From NCBI GenBank assembly GCA_045640865.1, contig JAZUFU010000130.1:12281-76280 (forward strand): DNA of 64,000 bases. The letters run 5' to 3'. Numbering within the stretch: the first letter of the stretch is position 1; every line of letters starts with the position of its first letter. The stretch comes from Acutalibacteraceae bacterium. Its GTDB lineage: Bacteria; Bacillota; Clostridia; Oscillospirales; Acutalibacteraceae. Under the pieces are notes generated by a model. It was not told the origin of the DNA, searched no databases, and was given only the letters and a program-made list of their open reading frames with translations. This document shows positions 44,947-54,874 of the stretch, piece by piece. A program made the position numbers and the translations under genes.

Positions 44947-45504
44947 ATGTCTATTAACTCCAGATGGTATGTTGTTCATACCTACTCAGGCTACGAAAAT
45001 AAGGTAGCCGGCAACATCGAAAAAGTCGCCGAAAACCGTAAAATGCAGGATCAGATTCTTGAGGTTAAAATCCCCACCGAGACCGTAACAGAGGTCAGAG
45101 AGGACAAGACCAAGGAATATGAGCGCAAGCTTTTCCCCGGTTATGTAATGGTCAAAATGGCCGTTGAAATGGACGACGACGATCTCCCCGTCATCAGCGA
45201 CGAAGCATGGTTTGTTGTAAGGAACACAAGAGGCGTTACAGGTTTTGTAGGTCCCGAAAGCAAGCCCACCCCCCTCACAGAGGAGGAAGTTTATCGCCTC
45301 GGCGTTGAAAAGCGCACGGTAGAGGTCAACTACGAGGTCGGAGATACTGTCAATATCGTTGACGAAATCTTTGACGGATTCACTGGCAGAGTTGAAGCGA
45401 TTGACGTTGAAAACAACATGGTTCGCGTTACTGTTTCGGCTCTTTTCGGCAAGGAAACCATGGTAGAACTTGAGCTTGACCAGGTTGAACCGATTGCCGA
45501 CTGA
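44947..45504 (+). CDS. nusG: Transcription termination/antitermination factor NusG
   Basis: 185 aa: WYVVHTYSGYENKV.., KOW motif GDTVNIVDEIFDGFTGRV. Confidence 0.95.
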   Translation: MSINSRWYVVHTYSGYENKVAGNIEKVAENRKMQDQILEVKIPTETVTEVREDKTKEYERKLFPGYVMVKMAVEMDDDDLPVISDEAWFVVRNTRGVTGFVGPESKPTPLTEEEVYRLGVEKRTVEVNYEVGDTVNIVDEIFDGFTGRVEAIDVENNMVRVTVSALFGKETMVELELDQVEPIAD

Positions 45505-45539
45505 AACACTGATAATTAACGGCTTCGCTGTTTAATTAT

Positions 45540-45612
45540 ATGCGTCGGCCTTGACGCATGGAGCTTCACGGCTCCCTGTGGGAGGAGCATAAATTCATTC
45601 ACTTAGATGCTC
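45540..45612 (+). promoter_or_regulatory. Structured rplK leader (candidate L1 autoregulatory site)
   Basis: Nested hairpins ATGCGTC/GACGCAT (45540-45559), GGAGC/GCTCC (45560-45575), CTCCC-tgt-GGGAGG (45572-45586) and GGAGCAT/ATGCTCC (45583-45612). The CTCCC..GGGAGG element recurs before rplA. Confidence 0.35.
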
Positions 45613-45645
45613 CGCCATAACCACATATTTTTGGAGGTGCAAGAA

Positions 45646-46071
45646 ATGGCTCAGAAGGTTGTAGGCTTTATTAAGCTTCAGATCCCCGCCGGTAAAGCAA
45701 CCCCGGCTCCGCCCGTTGGTCCTGCATTAGGTCAGCACGGCGTTAACATTATGGCATTCACAAAGGAATTCAATGAGCGCACAAAGAACGATGTAGGTCT
45801 CACAATACCCGTTGTTATCACAGTATATGCAGACCGTACTTTTACCTTTGTTACAAAGACTCCCCCCGCGGCAGTTCTTATCAAGAAGGCTTGCGGAATC
45901 GAGAGCGGTTCAGGTGTTCCTAACAGAACAAAGGTTGCAACTATTACCGGTGAGCAGATTAGAAAAATCGCAGAAACAAAAATGCCTGACTTAAATGCAG
46001 CAACTATCGAAACAGCTATGAGCATGATCGCTGGTACTGCACGCAGCATGGGCGTTACTGTTGTTGACTAA
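45646..46071 (+). CDS. rplK: 50S ribosomal protein L11
   Basis: [36 protein letters not shown].. from ATG 45646 (GGAGGTG RBS); the track starts at 45607. Confidence 0.95.
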   Translation: MAQKVVGFIKLQIPAGKATPAPPVGPALGQHGVNIMAFTKEFNERTKNDVGLTIPVVITVYADRTFTFVTKTPPAAVLIKKACGIESGSGVPNRTKVATITGEQIRKIAETKMPDLNAATIETAMSMIAGTARSMGVTVVD

Positions 46072-46072
46072 T

Positions 46073-46089
46073 GCTCCCTGGTGGGAGGA
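46073..46089 (+). promoter_or_regulatory. Second copy of the CTCCC..GGGAGG hairpin in the rplK-rplA spacer
   Basis: GCTCCCTGGTGGGAGGA at 46073-46089, compared with GCTCCCTGTGGGAGGAGC at 45571-45588. Confidence 0.35.
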
Positions 46090-46129
46090 AAAATCCGATT
46101 AACCACTTATTTGGGAGGTAAATTTACAA

Positions 46130-46837
46130 ATGAAACACGGCAAAAAGTATGTCGAGAGTGCTAAGCTCGTTGACAGAGCTAAGCTTTACGAGCCCCTTGA
46201 GGCTCTTGAAACAGTCATCAAGACTGCTTCAGCTAAATTTGATGAAACAGTTGAAATGCACATCCGTCTCGGTGTTGACTCACGTCATGCTGACCAGCAG
46301 GTCAGAGGCGCTGTTGTTCTTCCCAACGGCACAGGCAAAACTGTAAGAGTTGCTGTTTTCGCTAAGGGCGACGCAGCAGAAGCAGCAGCAGCGGCAGGCG
46401 CAGAAATCGTCGGCGCTGAAGATCTTGTTGCAAAAATCCAGGGCGAAGGCTTCCTTGATTTCGATGTTGCTATCGCAGCACCTAACATGATGGGTCTTGT
46501 TGGTCGTCTTGGTAAAATCCTCGGTCCCCGTGGTCTTATGCCCAGCCCCAAGGCAGGCACAGTTACACCTGATGTTGCCAAGGCTGTTGAAGAAGCTAAG
46601 GCCGGTAAGATTGAGTACCGTCTTGACAAAACAAACATTATTCACTGCCCCATCGGCAAGGTTTCTTTCGGACCTGACAAACTGATGGAAAACTACAGCA
46701 CACTTATCACTGCTGTTGAGAAGGCAAAGCCCGCAGCTGCAAAAGGTCAGTACATTAAGTCCTGCGTTCTTGCAACAACAATGGGCCCCGGCGTTCGCAT
46801 CAACCCCGCTAAGGCAACAACGAGCGCTGCTGAATAA
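46130..46837 (+). CDS. rplA: 50S ribosomal protein L1
   Basis: 235 aa: [16 protein letters not shown].. and the typical L1 sequence throughout. Confidence 0.95.
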   Translation: MKHGKKYVESAKLVDRAKLYEPLEALETVIKTASAKFDETVEMHIRLGVDSRHADQQVRGAVVLPNGTGKTVRVAVFAKGDAAEAAAAAGAEIVGAEDLVAKIQGEGFLDFDVAIAAPNMMGLVGRLGKILGPRGLMPSPKAGTVTPDVAKAVEEAKAGKIEYRLDKTNIIHCPIGKVSFGPDKLMENYSTLITAVEKAKPAAAKGQYIKSCVLATTMGPGVRINPAKATTSAAE

Positions 46838-46854
46838 TAATTTCTTTAAAATAC

Positions 46855-47066
46855 TTGACACAGAGCTTTCTGTGTGGTATTATATCTAAGCTGTTCTTTG
46901 CTTAAGACAGCAGGTGCATTTTGCGTAAAGGTTTATCCGCCTGCCGAGGTTAGGACATATAAAAATCAATTTATTGATTGTTGTATGATTCATCCCTGCC
47001 TGCGGCTAGCGGGCAGGGATTTTAGCATTGAGCACCGTACTTTTATTCAAAGAGGTGAAACAGAAA
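46855..47066 (+). promoter_or_regulatory. rplJL promoter plus L10-leader-type attenuator
   Basis: TTGACA (46855-46860), 17 bp, TATTAT (46878-46883). The ~180-nt leader ends in the hairpin TCCCTGCC..GGCAGGGA + tttt (46993-47024) just before the rplJ RBS. Firmicute rplJ operons carry an L10(L12)4-responsive leader in this position. Confidence 0.6.
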
Positions 47067-47594
47067 ATGCCAAGTGCAAGCGTATTGGAACAAAAGAAGC
47101 AGGTAGTTGCTCAGATCGCTGACAGAATTTCAAACTCTGTTGCAGGTGTAGTTGTAGAGTTCAAGGGCATCACAGTTGCTGATGATACAGCTATGCGTAA
47201 GGAGCTTCGTGAAGCAGGTGTTGAATACACAGTTGTTAAAAACACCCTTCTTAACATTGCTATCAAAGACACAAGCCTTGAGGACATGAGTAAGGTTCTT
47301 GAGGGTACAACCGCTATCGCAACCAGCAAGGACGACTATGTAGCAGCAGCTCGTATTCTTAACAAGTATGCTGATAAGATCGAGTCCTTCAACCTTAAGA
47401 CAGGTTACCTTGACGGCGAGGTTATCTCCACTGACAAGCTCAAGGAGCTCGCAACTCTCCCCTCAAGAGAAGTATTGCTTTCTATGGTTGCAAATGTATT
47501 CAGCGCACCTATCGCATCTTTCGCACGTGCGATCCAGGCTATCGTTGATAAAGACGGCGAAGGAGCAGCAGAAGAAGCTCCCGCAGAGGCTTAA
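47067..47594 (+). CDS. rplJ: 50S ribosomal protein L10
   Basis: Start ATG 47067 (AGAGGTGA RBS): MPSASVLEQKKQVVAQIADRISNS.. Confidence 0.95.
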   Translation: MPSASVLEQKKQVVAQIADRISNSVAGVVVEFKGITVADDTAMRKELREAGVEYTVVKNTLLNIAIKDTSLEDMSKVLEGTTAIATSKDDYVAAARILNKYADKIESFNLKTGYLDGEVISTDKLKELATLPSREVLLSMVANVFSAPIASFARAIQAIVDKDGEGAAEEAPAEA

Positions 47595-47647
47595 TTGCCC
47601 GAATCAAATTTAAATTAACTTATTAAATTATCAGGAGGATGACTAAA

Positions 47648-48022
47648 ATGGCATCAGAAAAGATTACAGCAATCGTTGAAGAGTTAAAGACTCTTTCAGT
47701 TCTTGAGCTTTCAGAGCTCGTTAAAGCAGTAGAAGAAGAATTCGGCGTTTCCGCAGCAGCAGCAGTTGTAGCAGGTCCCGCAGCAGGCCCCGCAGCAGCA
47801 GTTGAAGAGAAGACAGAGTTTGACGTTATTCTCGCAGAAGTTGGCGCACAGAAGATTAAGGTTGTTAAGGCTGTTAAGGACATCACAGGTCTTGGCCTTG
47901 CAGAAGCAAAAGCTCTCGTTGACGGCGCTCCCAAGGCTGTTAAAGAAGCTGTTTCTAAGGACGAGGCTGAAGAAATCAAAGCTAAGCTCGAAGAAGTTGG
48001 CGCAAAGATCGAAGTTAAATAA
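47648..48022 (+). CDS. rplL: 50S ribosomal protein L7/L12
   Basis: [34 protein letters not shown].., Ala/Pro hinge, C-terminal [33 protein letters not shown]. Confidence 0.95.
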   Translation: MASEKITAIVEELKTLSVLELSELVKAVEEEFGVSAAAAVVAGPAAGPAAAVEEKTEFDVILAEVGAQKIKVVKAVKDITGLGLAEAKALVDGAPKAVKEAVSKDEAEEIKAKLEEVGAKIEVK

Positions 48023-48040
48023 TTTAACACCAATAAAAAT

Positions 48041-48075
48041 AACCGCGAGGATTTTCCCCGCGGTTTATTTTTTTG
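48041..48075. terminator. Bidirectional terminator after rplL / udg
   Basis: AACCGCG..CGCGGTT hairpin with tttattttttt on plus and ataaaaat upstream. Confidence 0.7.
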
Positions 48076-48079
48076 CTTT

Positions 48080-48652
48080 TTAATATGTGTGCGTGCAGAT
48101 TTCGTTGATTTTATCTCTCAGCGCGAGGAAATCCTCAAAAGCCTCGGGCTTCTGCGCGGGATTTCTCAGAAGTGCCGATGGGTGGAAAGTGCCCATCATG
48201 TAAAAGCCGTTTTTGTTTATGAACTGTCCGTGCTCTTTTGTTACACGAAATTCAGGGTAAATGAGTCTCTGCGCCGCAATTCTGCCCAGGCAGACAATGA
48301 TTTTCGGTCTGATGAGCCTCGTCTGCTCCTTGAGCCATTTTATGCAGACCTCCTGTTCATCCTCTTTCGGGTCGCGGTTGTGAGGAGGACGGCACTTGAC
48401 GATGTTTGCGATGTAAATATTCGTCTTTCTGTCAAGGTCAACGGCGGCAAGGTATTTGTCAAGAAGCTGACCGCTTTTGCCTACGAACGGCTCACCCTGC
48501 AAATCCTCCTGTTCGCCCGGTCCTTCGCCGACAAACATAACCTCGGCGTTTTCGTTTCCGACACCGAAAACAAGGTTGGTTCTTGTATCCCCGAGAGGAC
48601 AGCCGCGGCAGACAGAGCAGTCGGCCTTTAAATTTTCCCAGTTGTTATACAT
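48080..48652 (-). CDS. Family-4 uracil-DNA glycosylase (Fe-S type)
   Basis: CSVCRGCPL Cys cluster, GEGPGEQED motif [11 protein letters not shown] motif B. Start ATG 48652 (GGAGG RBS), 8-nt overlap with ribF. Confidence 0.85.
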   Translation of the reverse strand: MYNNWENLKADCSVCRGCPLGDTRTNLVFGVGNENAEVMFVGEGPGEQEDLQGEPFVGKSGQLLDKYLAAVDLDRKTNIYIANIVKCRPPHNRDPKEDEQEVCIKWLKEQTRLIRPKIIVCLGRIAAQRLIYPEFRVTKEHGQFINKNGFYMMGTFHPSALLRNPAQKPEAFEDFLALRDKINEICTHTY

Positions 48653-49535
48653 TTTCCGCAACCTCCGCAATATCTTTCATAAGCTGTGCTTTCAGCTCGT
48701 CAGCCGAGTTAAAACGAACCTCGGGACGGATATATCTTATAAGCTCAACATCAATAATTCTGCCGTAAATATCACCGCTGAAATCAATTATATAAGTCTC
48801 GGCAAGGGCGCACTCAGCGCGGTATGTAGGTCTGATGCCGATGTTCGTAACGCCTTTGTATGCTTTGCCGTCGATTTTTATGCGTGTCTCATATACGCCG
48901 AATTTCGGTACGGTCAAAGTCTCGTCGATTTTCTGATTGGTTGTCGGGAAGCCGAGCGTTCTGCCTCTTGCGTCGCCGTGAATGACCTCTCCGCGTATGG
49001 CGTACGGTCTGCCGAGCATTTCCGCCGCTGTCTGAGCGTTTCCGTCAACAATGAAATTCCTTATCGCGCTTGACGATACCGTCAGACCGCCCACTGAAAC
49101 AGGCTGAGCAACATTGCATAAAATTCCGTTTTCCTTGCAGAGAGCGGCGAGCGTTTCAGCGTTGCCAGCGCCGTTTTTGCCGAATGAATAGTTGAATCCG
49201 CAGCAGAGAGCCTTTGCGTTGAAAAAGTCAATGATTATCTTTTTAAAAAATTCCGTGCATGAGTAATCCTTAACCTCGGCAAAGCTCACGCGGCAGACTT
49301 CAAAGCCCATGTCCCGAAGTGCTGATTCCTCGTCCTCATCTGTCATAAGATGGGGGATTTTTTTGCCCGTGAGAAATTCTTTCGGATGAATATCAAAAAG
49401 CATAACCTTTGCTTCAAGATTATGCTTTTTTGAAAATGCCAGCGTGCTTTCAAGTACCTTTTTATGACCGATATGAAGTCCGTCAAAATTGCCGAGTGCC
49501 ACCGCACAGCCATTATTAAATTTTTGCTCGGTCAT
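48645..49535 (-). CDS. ribF: Bifunctional riboflavin kinase / FMN adenylyltransferase
   Basis: 296 aa: [15 protein letters not shown] (FAD synthetase), C-terminal [13 protein letters not shown].. riboflavin kinase motifs. Confidence 0.9.
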   Translation of the reverse strand: MTEQKFNNGCAVALGNFDGLHIGHKKVLESTLAFSKKHNLEAKVMLFDIHPKEFLTGKKIPHLMTDEDEESALRDMGFEVCRVSFAEVKDYSCTEFFKKIIIDFFNAKALCCGFNYSFGKNGAGNAETLAALCKENGILCNVAQPVSVGGLTVSSSAIRNFIVDGNAQTAAEMLGRPYAIRGEVIHGDARGRTLGFPTTNQKIDETLTVPKFGVYETRIKIDGKAYKGVTNIGIRPTYRAECALAETYIIDFSGDIYGRIIDVELIRYIRPEVRFNSADELKAQLMKDIAEVAENV

Positions 49536-49545
49536 GAAATCACCG

Positions 49546-50457
49546 TCATTTGTTTAAGAAGTTGTATGTAATTTCCGCCATTTCCTCCGCGCGGTCCTCA
49601 TGGCAGATATGACCTGCGCCCTGCACCTCGCAAAGCTCCGCGTTCGGGAAAGCGTCGAGCACCTGCTCTTTCATTCCGCCGCGCAGAACCATATCCTTTT
49701 CAGCGTTGAAAATCAGAATGGGGCAGGTGATTTTATCTGTTTTGTCAAGCTCGGTTACTCTGACATCCTTAAGCATATAGCAAAGCCCCATGCCCGTGCC
49801 TTTCTGCTGTAAAGGAGCGGTAACGCCGCTTAAATCGTAATTTTTGGTGTATTCTTTATTCTGAGTAGCCGCAAAAACGACGATTCTCATTAAGAAATCA
49901 ATTTTTGTCAGCTTTTCGAGTACAAAGTTCATCATCAGCCCGAGCGGTTTTGAGGTTACGATTTTGCCCGCAAACTCAGGCAGAGCCGTTGTGGGAGCAG
50001 GGCATACAAGGAAAAGAGCCTTGACATTCAAATCCTCCGCAATATTTATCGCAACACCGCCGCCCATTGAATGACCTGCAACAGTCCATTCCTCCGCGGG
50101 AGCGATGCTGAGCATAAGCTGCTCAACGAGAGTTTCTCTGTCGATGTGTGCAATTTCCGCTGTTTCTCTTGTGGAATATCCGAAATTCGGCAGGTCAACG
50201 GCGTAGCAGTCATAGCCTTTGCCGCTCATCTGAGCCGCCATGTTCTGCCACGAAAATGATGACTGACCGAAGCCGTGAAGCATTACTATTCTGCCCTTGA
50301 AGTCGCCCTTGTGCTCGCTCAGACGGTAATGAATAGTGTAGTCGCCCGATGTGAAAAAGTAACTGTCAGAAAATGGCTTTTCGTCAACCGCAAAGGCGGT
50401 TATGCTCAAAGTGAACAATAAAACGGCGCAAAGGAATACCGATATTACTTTTTTCAT
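49546..50457 (-). CDS. Secreted alpha/beta hydrolase
   Basis: Signal peptide MKKVISVFLCAVLLFTLSITAFA; HGFG oxyanion region; GHSMGG nucleophile elbow; C-terminal GAGHICHED. Confidence 0.7.
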   Translation of the reverse strand: MKKVISVFLCAVLLFTLSITAFAVDEKPFSDSYFFTSGDYTIHYRLSEHKGDFKGRIVMLHGFGQSSFSWQNMAAQMSGKGYDCYAVDLPNFGYSTRETAEIAHIDRETLVEQLMLSIAPAEEWTVAGHSMGGGVAINIAEDLNVKALFLVCPAPTTALPEFAGKIVTSKPLGLMMNFVLEKLTKIDFLMRIVVFAATQNKEYTKNYDLSGVTAPLQQKGTGMGLCYMLKDVRVTELDKTDKITCPILIFNAEKDMVLRGGMKEQVLDAFPNAELCEVQGAGHICHEDRAEEMAEITYNFLNK

Positions 50458-50465
50458 AATTAACC

Positions 50466-52286
50466 TCATTTCGCTCTGTGAAGCATTTTCATTCTCTGCT
50501 CTTTTGAGAGAATACGCTTGCGAAGTCTCAGTGAATCGGGTGTAACCTCAAGAAGCTCGTCATCCTTGATGAATTCCATGCACTGTTCAAGGCTGAGTGT
50601 TGTGGGCGGAACAAGTCTCAGAGCATCATCACTGCCCGACGCACGGGTGTTTGTAAGATGCTTCGCTTTGCAGACGTTGCATACGATGTCCTCGTTCTTT
50701 GCGCATTCACCGACTATCATGCCCTCATAGACCTCAACGCCCGCGCCGATGAAGAGTCGGCCTCTGTCCTGCGTGTTGAAAAGTCCGTAGCCTGTGCTGA
50801 GGCCTGTTTCGTGAACGACGATTGAGCCGTTTTCGCGTGTCTCTATATCTCCCTTGTAGGGCTCATAGCCCGCAAAGAGCTGATTCATAATGCCGTTGCC
50901 GTTTGTGTCTGTCATGAACTCAGAGCGGTAGCCGATAAGTCCTCTTGACGGAATTTTAAACTCGAGGTGAGTTGAGCCGCCGTCGCGTGTGCCCATATTT
51001 TCAAGTTCACCGCGGCGTGAACCGAGTTTTTCGATAACTGAGCCGACATACTGCTCGGGAACCTCAACAATAAGAAGCTCCATGGGTTCGCAAAGCTGAC
51101 CGTCGATTGTCTTGAAAATAACCTTAGGTTTTGATACCTGGAATTCATAACCCTGACGGCGCATTGTTTCAATAAGGATTGAAAGATGAAGCTCACCTCT
51201 GCCCGATACTTTGAATGTGTCGGTTGTCTCGGTGTCCTCAACGCGCATGCTTACATTTGTTTCGACCTCTTTATAAAGTCTGTCGCGGAGGTTTCTTGAT
51301 GTAACGAATTTACCCTCTCTGCCTGCAAAGGGGCTGTCATTGACAATGAAGTTCATCGAAAGGGTAGGCTCGTCAATTTTAACAAAGGGAAGCGGCTCAA
51401 TGCAGTCGGGCGAGCAGGCTGTTTCGCCTATGTTTATATCGGTAATGCCCGAAACGCAGATAAGGTCGCCGAGTTCAGCACTCTCAACCTCAACTCTTTT
51501 AAGTCCCTCAAACTGATAAAGACGGGAAATCTTAACATTCTCTGTTGAGCCGTCGGTCTTGCAAAGGGTAACCGTGTCGTTTCTCTTAACTCTGCCGCGC
51601 TCAACTCTGCCGACGCCGATTCTGCCGATATAATCGTCATAATCAAGGCTGGAGAAAAGTATCTGAAGCGGGCCGTCCTCATCGCCCTCGGGGGGAGCAA
51701 TGTGCTCTAAAATAGCGTCAAGAAGCGGACGCATATCACCCTCTCTTACATCGGGGTCAAGTGAAGAATAGCCGTCTCTCGCGGAAGCATAGACAACAGG
51801 GAATTCAATCTGGTCTTCGTCCGCGCCGAGCTCGATAAAGAGGTCAAGAACCTCGTCGATAACCTCTGTCGGTCTTGCGCCGGGGCGGTCAACCTTGTTG
51901 ACAACAACGAGTACCTTTTTCTTTAAGCCGAGAGCCTTTTGAAGAACGAATCTCGTCTGAGGCATGCAGCCCTCAAACGCGTCAACAAGCAGAAGAACGC
52001 CGTCAACCATCATGAGTATGCGCTCAACCTCGCCGCCGAAATCGGCATGGCCGGGAGTGTCAACAATGTTTATCTTTGTGTTTTTGTAATGAACAGAAGT
52101 GTTCTTTGAAAGAATCGTAATTCCTCTTTCTCTTTCAAGGTCGTTGGAGTCCATGACTCTGTCCTGCACTGTTTCATTGTCGCGGAAAGTGCCGCTCTGC
52201 TTGAGCATTTCGTCAACCATGGTTGTCTTGCCGTGGTCAACGTGGGCGATTATCGCCACATTTCTGATGTTATCTCTCTTTCCCAA
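50466..52286 (-). CDS. typA: Translational GTPase TypA/BipA
   Basis: 606 aa: [28 protein letters not shown]. The start appears to be TTG (AAAGGTGA RBS 7 nt upstream). Confidence 0.95.
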   Translation of the reverse strand: MGKRDNIRNVAIIAHVDHGKTTMVDEMLKQSGTFRDNETVQDRVMDSNDLERERGITILSKNTSVHYKNTKINIVDTPGHADFGGEVERILMMVDGVLLLVDAFEGCMPQTRFVLQKALGLKKKVLVVVNKVDRPGARPTEVIDEVLDLFIELGADEDQIEFPVVYASARDGYSSLDPDVREGDMRPLLDAILEHIAPPEGDEDGPLQILFSSLDYDDYIGRIGVGRVERGRVKRNDTVTLCKTDGSTENVKISRLYQFEGLKRVEVESAELGDLICVSGITDINIGETACSPDCIEPLPFVKIDEPTLSMNFIVNDSPFAGREGKFVTSRNLRDRLYKEVETNVSMRVEDTETTDTFKVSGRGELHLSILIETMRRQGYEFQVSKPKVIFKTIDGQLCEPMELLIVEVPEQYVGSVIEKLGSRRGELENMGTRDGGSTHLEFKIPSRGLIGYRSEFMTDTNGNGIMNQLFAGYEPYKGDIETRENGSIVVHETGLSTGYGLFNTQDRGRLFIGAGVEVYEGMIVGECAKNEDIVCNVCKAKHLTNTRASGSDDALRLVPPTTLSLEQCMEFIKDDELLEVTPDSLRLRKRILSKEQRMKMLHRAK

Positions 52287-52392
52287 AAAAATTCACCTTT
52301 TTTCTCATAATATAACTTATATATTATAAATCCAAAAATCTTTGTAGTCAAGAATTTTCTTTATTGTAATCAGAAATATAATAAAATTTTAA

Positions 52393-52432
52393 GGACTATT
52401 GCCTTTATGCGAAAAGTAAAAAGCAATAGTCC
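52393..52432 (-). terminator. Hairpin downstream of the small acidic ORF
   Basis: GGACTATTGC..(20-nt loop)..GCAATAGTCC, with T/A-rich flanks on both strands. Confidence 0.4.
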
Positions 52433-52437
52433 GATTT

Positions 52438-52614
52438 TTACAGGTCGTCCGCGTCTTGCTCAGGATATAATTCATCGTCCTGCGGGTTTCCCGTGTAGCT
52501 TCCGAGCACATCGGAGCTTTCATCGTCCTCCGCGTATTCCTCCCATACGCCGAGCATATCCGCGATTATGGGAAAACGGTTTTTGCCCCCGTTCAAAGGC
52601 TTTTTCTTTTTCAT
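52438..52614 (-). CDS. Small highly acidic hypothetical protein
   Basis: 58 aa from ATG 52614 (GAGGTG RBS 6 nt upstream): MKKKKPLNGGKNRFPIIADMLGVWEEYAEDDESSDVLGSYTGNPQDDELYPEQDADDL. Confidence 0.4.
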   Translation of the reverse strand: MKKKKPLNGGKNRFPIIADMLGVWEEYAEDDESSDVLGSYTGNPQDDELYPEQDADDL

Positions 52615-52756
52615 TTTCAGCACCTCGTTTTTTAAAATGCAATATTTCTGCGGTATTGCCTTTATATTTTTTGCATAAAATTAAGCATTATTATAAATTG
52701 ACAAAAGTTAAAAATCGCTTTATAATATTAACTGAAAAATTTTAATGAGGTGCAAA

Positions 52757-53776
52757 ATGAGTAAAAAGGAATTTGAAGACGGATGGTCTCCCACGGATTA
52801 CGAAATATATACAGTTGAGCAGGAGCCGCAGGCTGAGCCCGAGCGCAAAAAGAGCAAAAAAAGCCCTGAAATCAAAAAAGCTCCCGAGAAAAAAACTCAG
52901 AAGCCCAAAGGAAAGACTGTTATTCTTACAATCGCGGCGGCGGTTGCCGTCATTGCCGCGCTTATTGTGATTTTTAAGTCTTTCCTGCCCGAGAAAAATA
53001 ATAAATTCAGCTTCTTCACAAATGAAAAAACCACGACCAGCACAACCGAGCCGCTTGTGAACACCGTGCGCGTAACCTTCCCCGAGGGATACACGATTTA
53101 TCAGTACGCTGAACTCCTCGAAAAGAACGGTGTCTGCTCAAAAACGGACTTCTACACTGCGGCGAATACTCCCGTTGAGGGCATTGACCTGTCGGGCGTG
53201 GAGGAGAGAGTTTTCCTGCTTGAGGGCTATCTTTTCCCAGACACCTACGATTTTTATAAAAACGAGCCTGCTGCCGATGTTGTCAAAAGATTTATCGACA
53301 ACTACAATGCCAAAATCACTCCCGACATGAAAGCCAAGGCGGAAGCTCTCGGCTACACAATGGATCAGATGCTGACGCTCGCTTCAATCATTCAGAAAGA
53401 ATGTGATTATGACATCGACGAGTGCCGCAATGTTTCCTCGGTTTTCCATAACAGACTGAAGGAGTCGAGCAACACCTATCTCGGCAGTGATGTTACATAT
53501 TTTTATCTTAAAAATATGGCGGATTATCTCGGCGGAAGCGAGTCGCAGAAGTTTGACGATTTCCTTAAAAAATATTATACCTATTCGGGCTACCGCACAG
53601 GTCTTCCCGCAGGTCCCGTATGTAATCCCGGCTTAAAGGCAATTGAGGCGGCAGTGTCGCCGAACGAAACCAATTATCATTTCTTCCTTACGGATAAGGA
53701 CGGCGTAAATTTCTATTACGCCGAAACATACGCGCAGCATCAGCAAAATTATTATCTTGCAGGATTGGGTGAATAA
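52757..53776 (+). CDS. mltG: Endolytic murein transglycosylase MltG (YceG-like)
   Basis: N-terminal K/E-rich region, TM helix, YceG domain with LASIIQKE and GLPAGPVCNPG. Start ATG 52757 (GAGGTG RBS). Confidence 0.85.
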   Translation: MSKKEFEDGWSPTDYEIYTVEQEPQAEPERKKSKKSPEIKKAPEKKTQKPKGKTVILTIAAAVAVIAALIVIFKSFLPEKNNKFSFFTNEKTTTSTTEPLVNTVRVTFPEGYTIYQYAELLEKNGVCSKTDFYTAANTPVEGIDLSGVEERVFLLEGYLFPDTYDFYKNEPAADVVKRFIDNYNAKITPDMKAKAEALGYTMDQMLTLASIIQKECDYDIDECRNVSSVFHNRLKESSNTYLGSDVTYFYLKNMADYLGGSESQKFDDFLKKYYTYSGYRTGLPAGPVCNPGLKAIEAAVSPNETNYHFFLTDKDGVNFYYAETYAQHQQNYYLAGLGE

Positions 53777-53778
53777 TC

Positions 53779-54192
53779 ATGAAAAAAATAATCGCGTTTT
53801 TACTCTGCATTATCACAGCTTTTTCCCTTGCTTCGTGCAAAAAAAGTGAAGAAAAAAATCCCGCTCCGACCGATGAAAAAACCGTTACCTATGAGGAAAT
53901 CGGACGCGGCGATAATCAGTTCTTTCTCGACATTCTTTTTGAAGCGAAAGAAAAAAATTACAGCATAAAAACTGACGAGGAAACTGTCGGCGCGGCTCTC
54001 GAAAAGCTCGGCATGATTGAGGGCGAGCAGGGCGACTACGGCCTTTATATTTTTGCTGTTGAGGGCGAAGAGCACCGCTATGAAAACGGCGGCAAATACT
54101 GGGCGTTTTATGAGAATGAGCAGTACGCCTCGCAGAGCGTTGATTTAACGGAAATTGTCGATGGCGAAACTTATTCCTTAAAGGTTGAGTAA
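53779..54192 (+). CDS. DUF4430-like lipoprotein
   Basis: 137 aa; lipobox LASC; C-terminal GGKYWAFYENEQYASQSVD typical of DUF4430. Confidence 0.55.
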   Translation: MKKIIAFLLCIITAFSLASCKKSEEKNPAPTDEKTVTYEEIGRGDNQFFLDILFEAKEKNYSIKTDEETVGAALEKLGMIEGEQGDYGLYIFAVEGEEHRYENGGKYWAFYENEQYASQSVDLTEIVDGETYSLKVE

Positions 54193-54193
54193 C

Positions 54194-54874
54194 ATGGAAA
54201 CGGCGGATTTTCTCTTTTTTATTACAGAAATAATCGGAATCGTTGCGTTTTCTGTTTCGGGCGCGATAATTTCAATACACCGCAGAATGGATTTCTTCGG
54301 TGTGGTTTTTCTTGCGCTTGTTACGGCTCTCGGCGGCGGCGCGTTGAGGGATTTGTTTCTCGGCGTAATTCCTCCGCGAAATTTTTTCAATTTCACCCAT
54401 CTTCTCATAACAATTCTCACATCAATTTTTGTCTTTATTCTTGTGAGAAGTTTCAGAAGATTTTTCTTTGAAAACTATAAAAAAATAAATTTTCTTGTCA
54501 ATATTTTTGACGCAATCGGTCTTGCATCTTTTGCGGTAACGGGTGTTGACCTGAGTGTTCAGAAAGGCTTCGGCGACCACGAATTTTTCGTTGTGTTTAT
54601 GGGAATTCTTACCGCTGTCGGCGGCGGACTTTTAAGAGACACAATGAGCAGATGCAAGCCGATGATTTTCTGCAAAAATATTTACGCCACAGCCGTCCTT
54701 GCGGGCACGGTGATTTATTATGTAATGTGCTATGTGCTGAAGCTGCCCGAGATTCCCTCGACAGTTGCAGCGTTTGTGATAATTGTTTCAATAAGAATTC
54801 TGGCGGCGGTTTTCCGCTGGGATCTTCCTGTTATAGAAGACCCCACGCAGGAGAAAGTATCAGAAAAAGAATAG
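54194..54874 (+). CDS. TRIC/UPF0126-family cation channel protein
   Basis: Seven-TM protein with duplicated GGGALRD / GGGLLRD motifs. Start ATG 54194. Confidence 0.75.
   Translation: METADFLFFITEIIGIVAFSVSGAIISIHRRMDFFGVVFLALVTALGGGALRDLFLGVIPPRNFFNFTHLLITILTSIFVFILVRSFRRFFFENYKKINFLVNIFDAIGLASFAVTGVDLSVQKGFGDHEFFVVFMGILTAVGGGLLRDTMSRCKPMIFCKNIYATAVLAGTVIYYVMCYVLKLPEIPSTVAAFVIIVSIRILAAVFRWDLPVIEDPTQEKVSEKE

Noticed and set aside
46874-47122. 82-aa ORF overlapping the rplJ leader
   Set aside because: It spans the promoter, leader and attenuator of rplJ and runs into the rplJ coding region out of frame. It has no RBS, and the region is better explained as the L10 leader.
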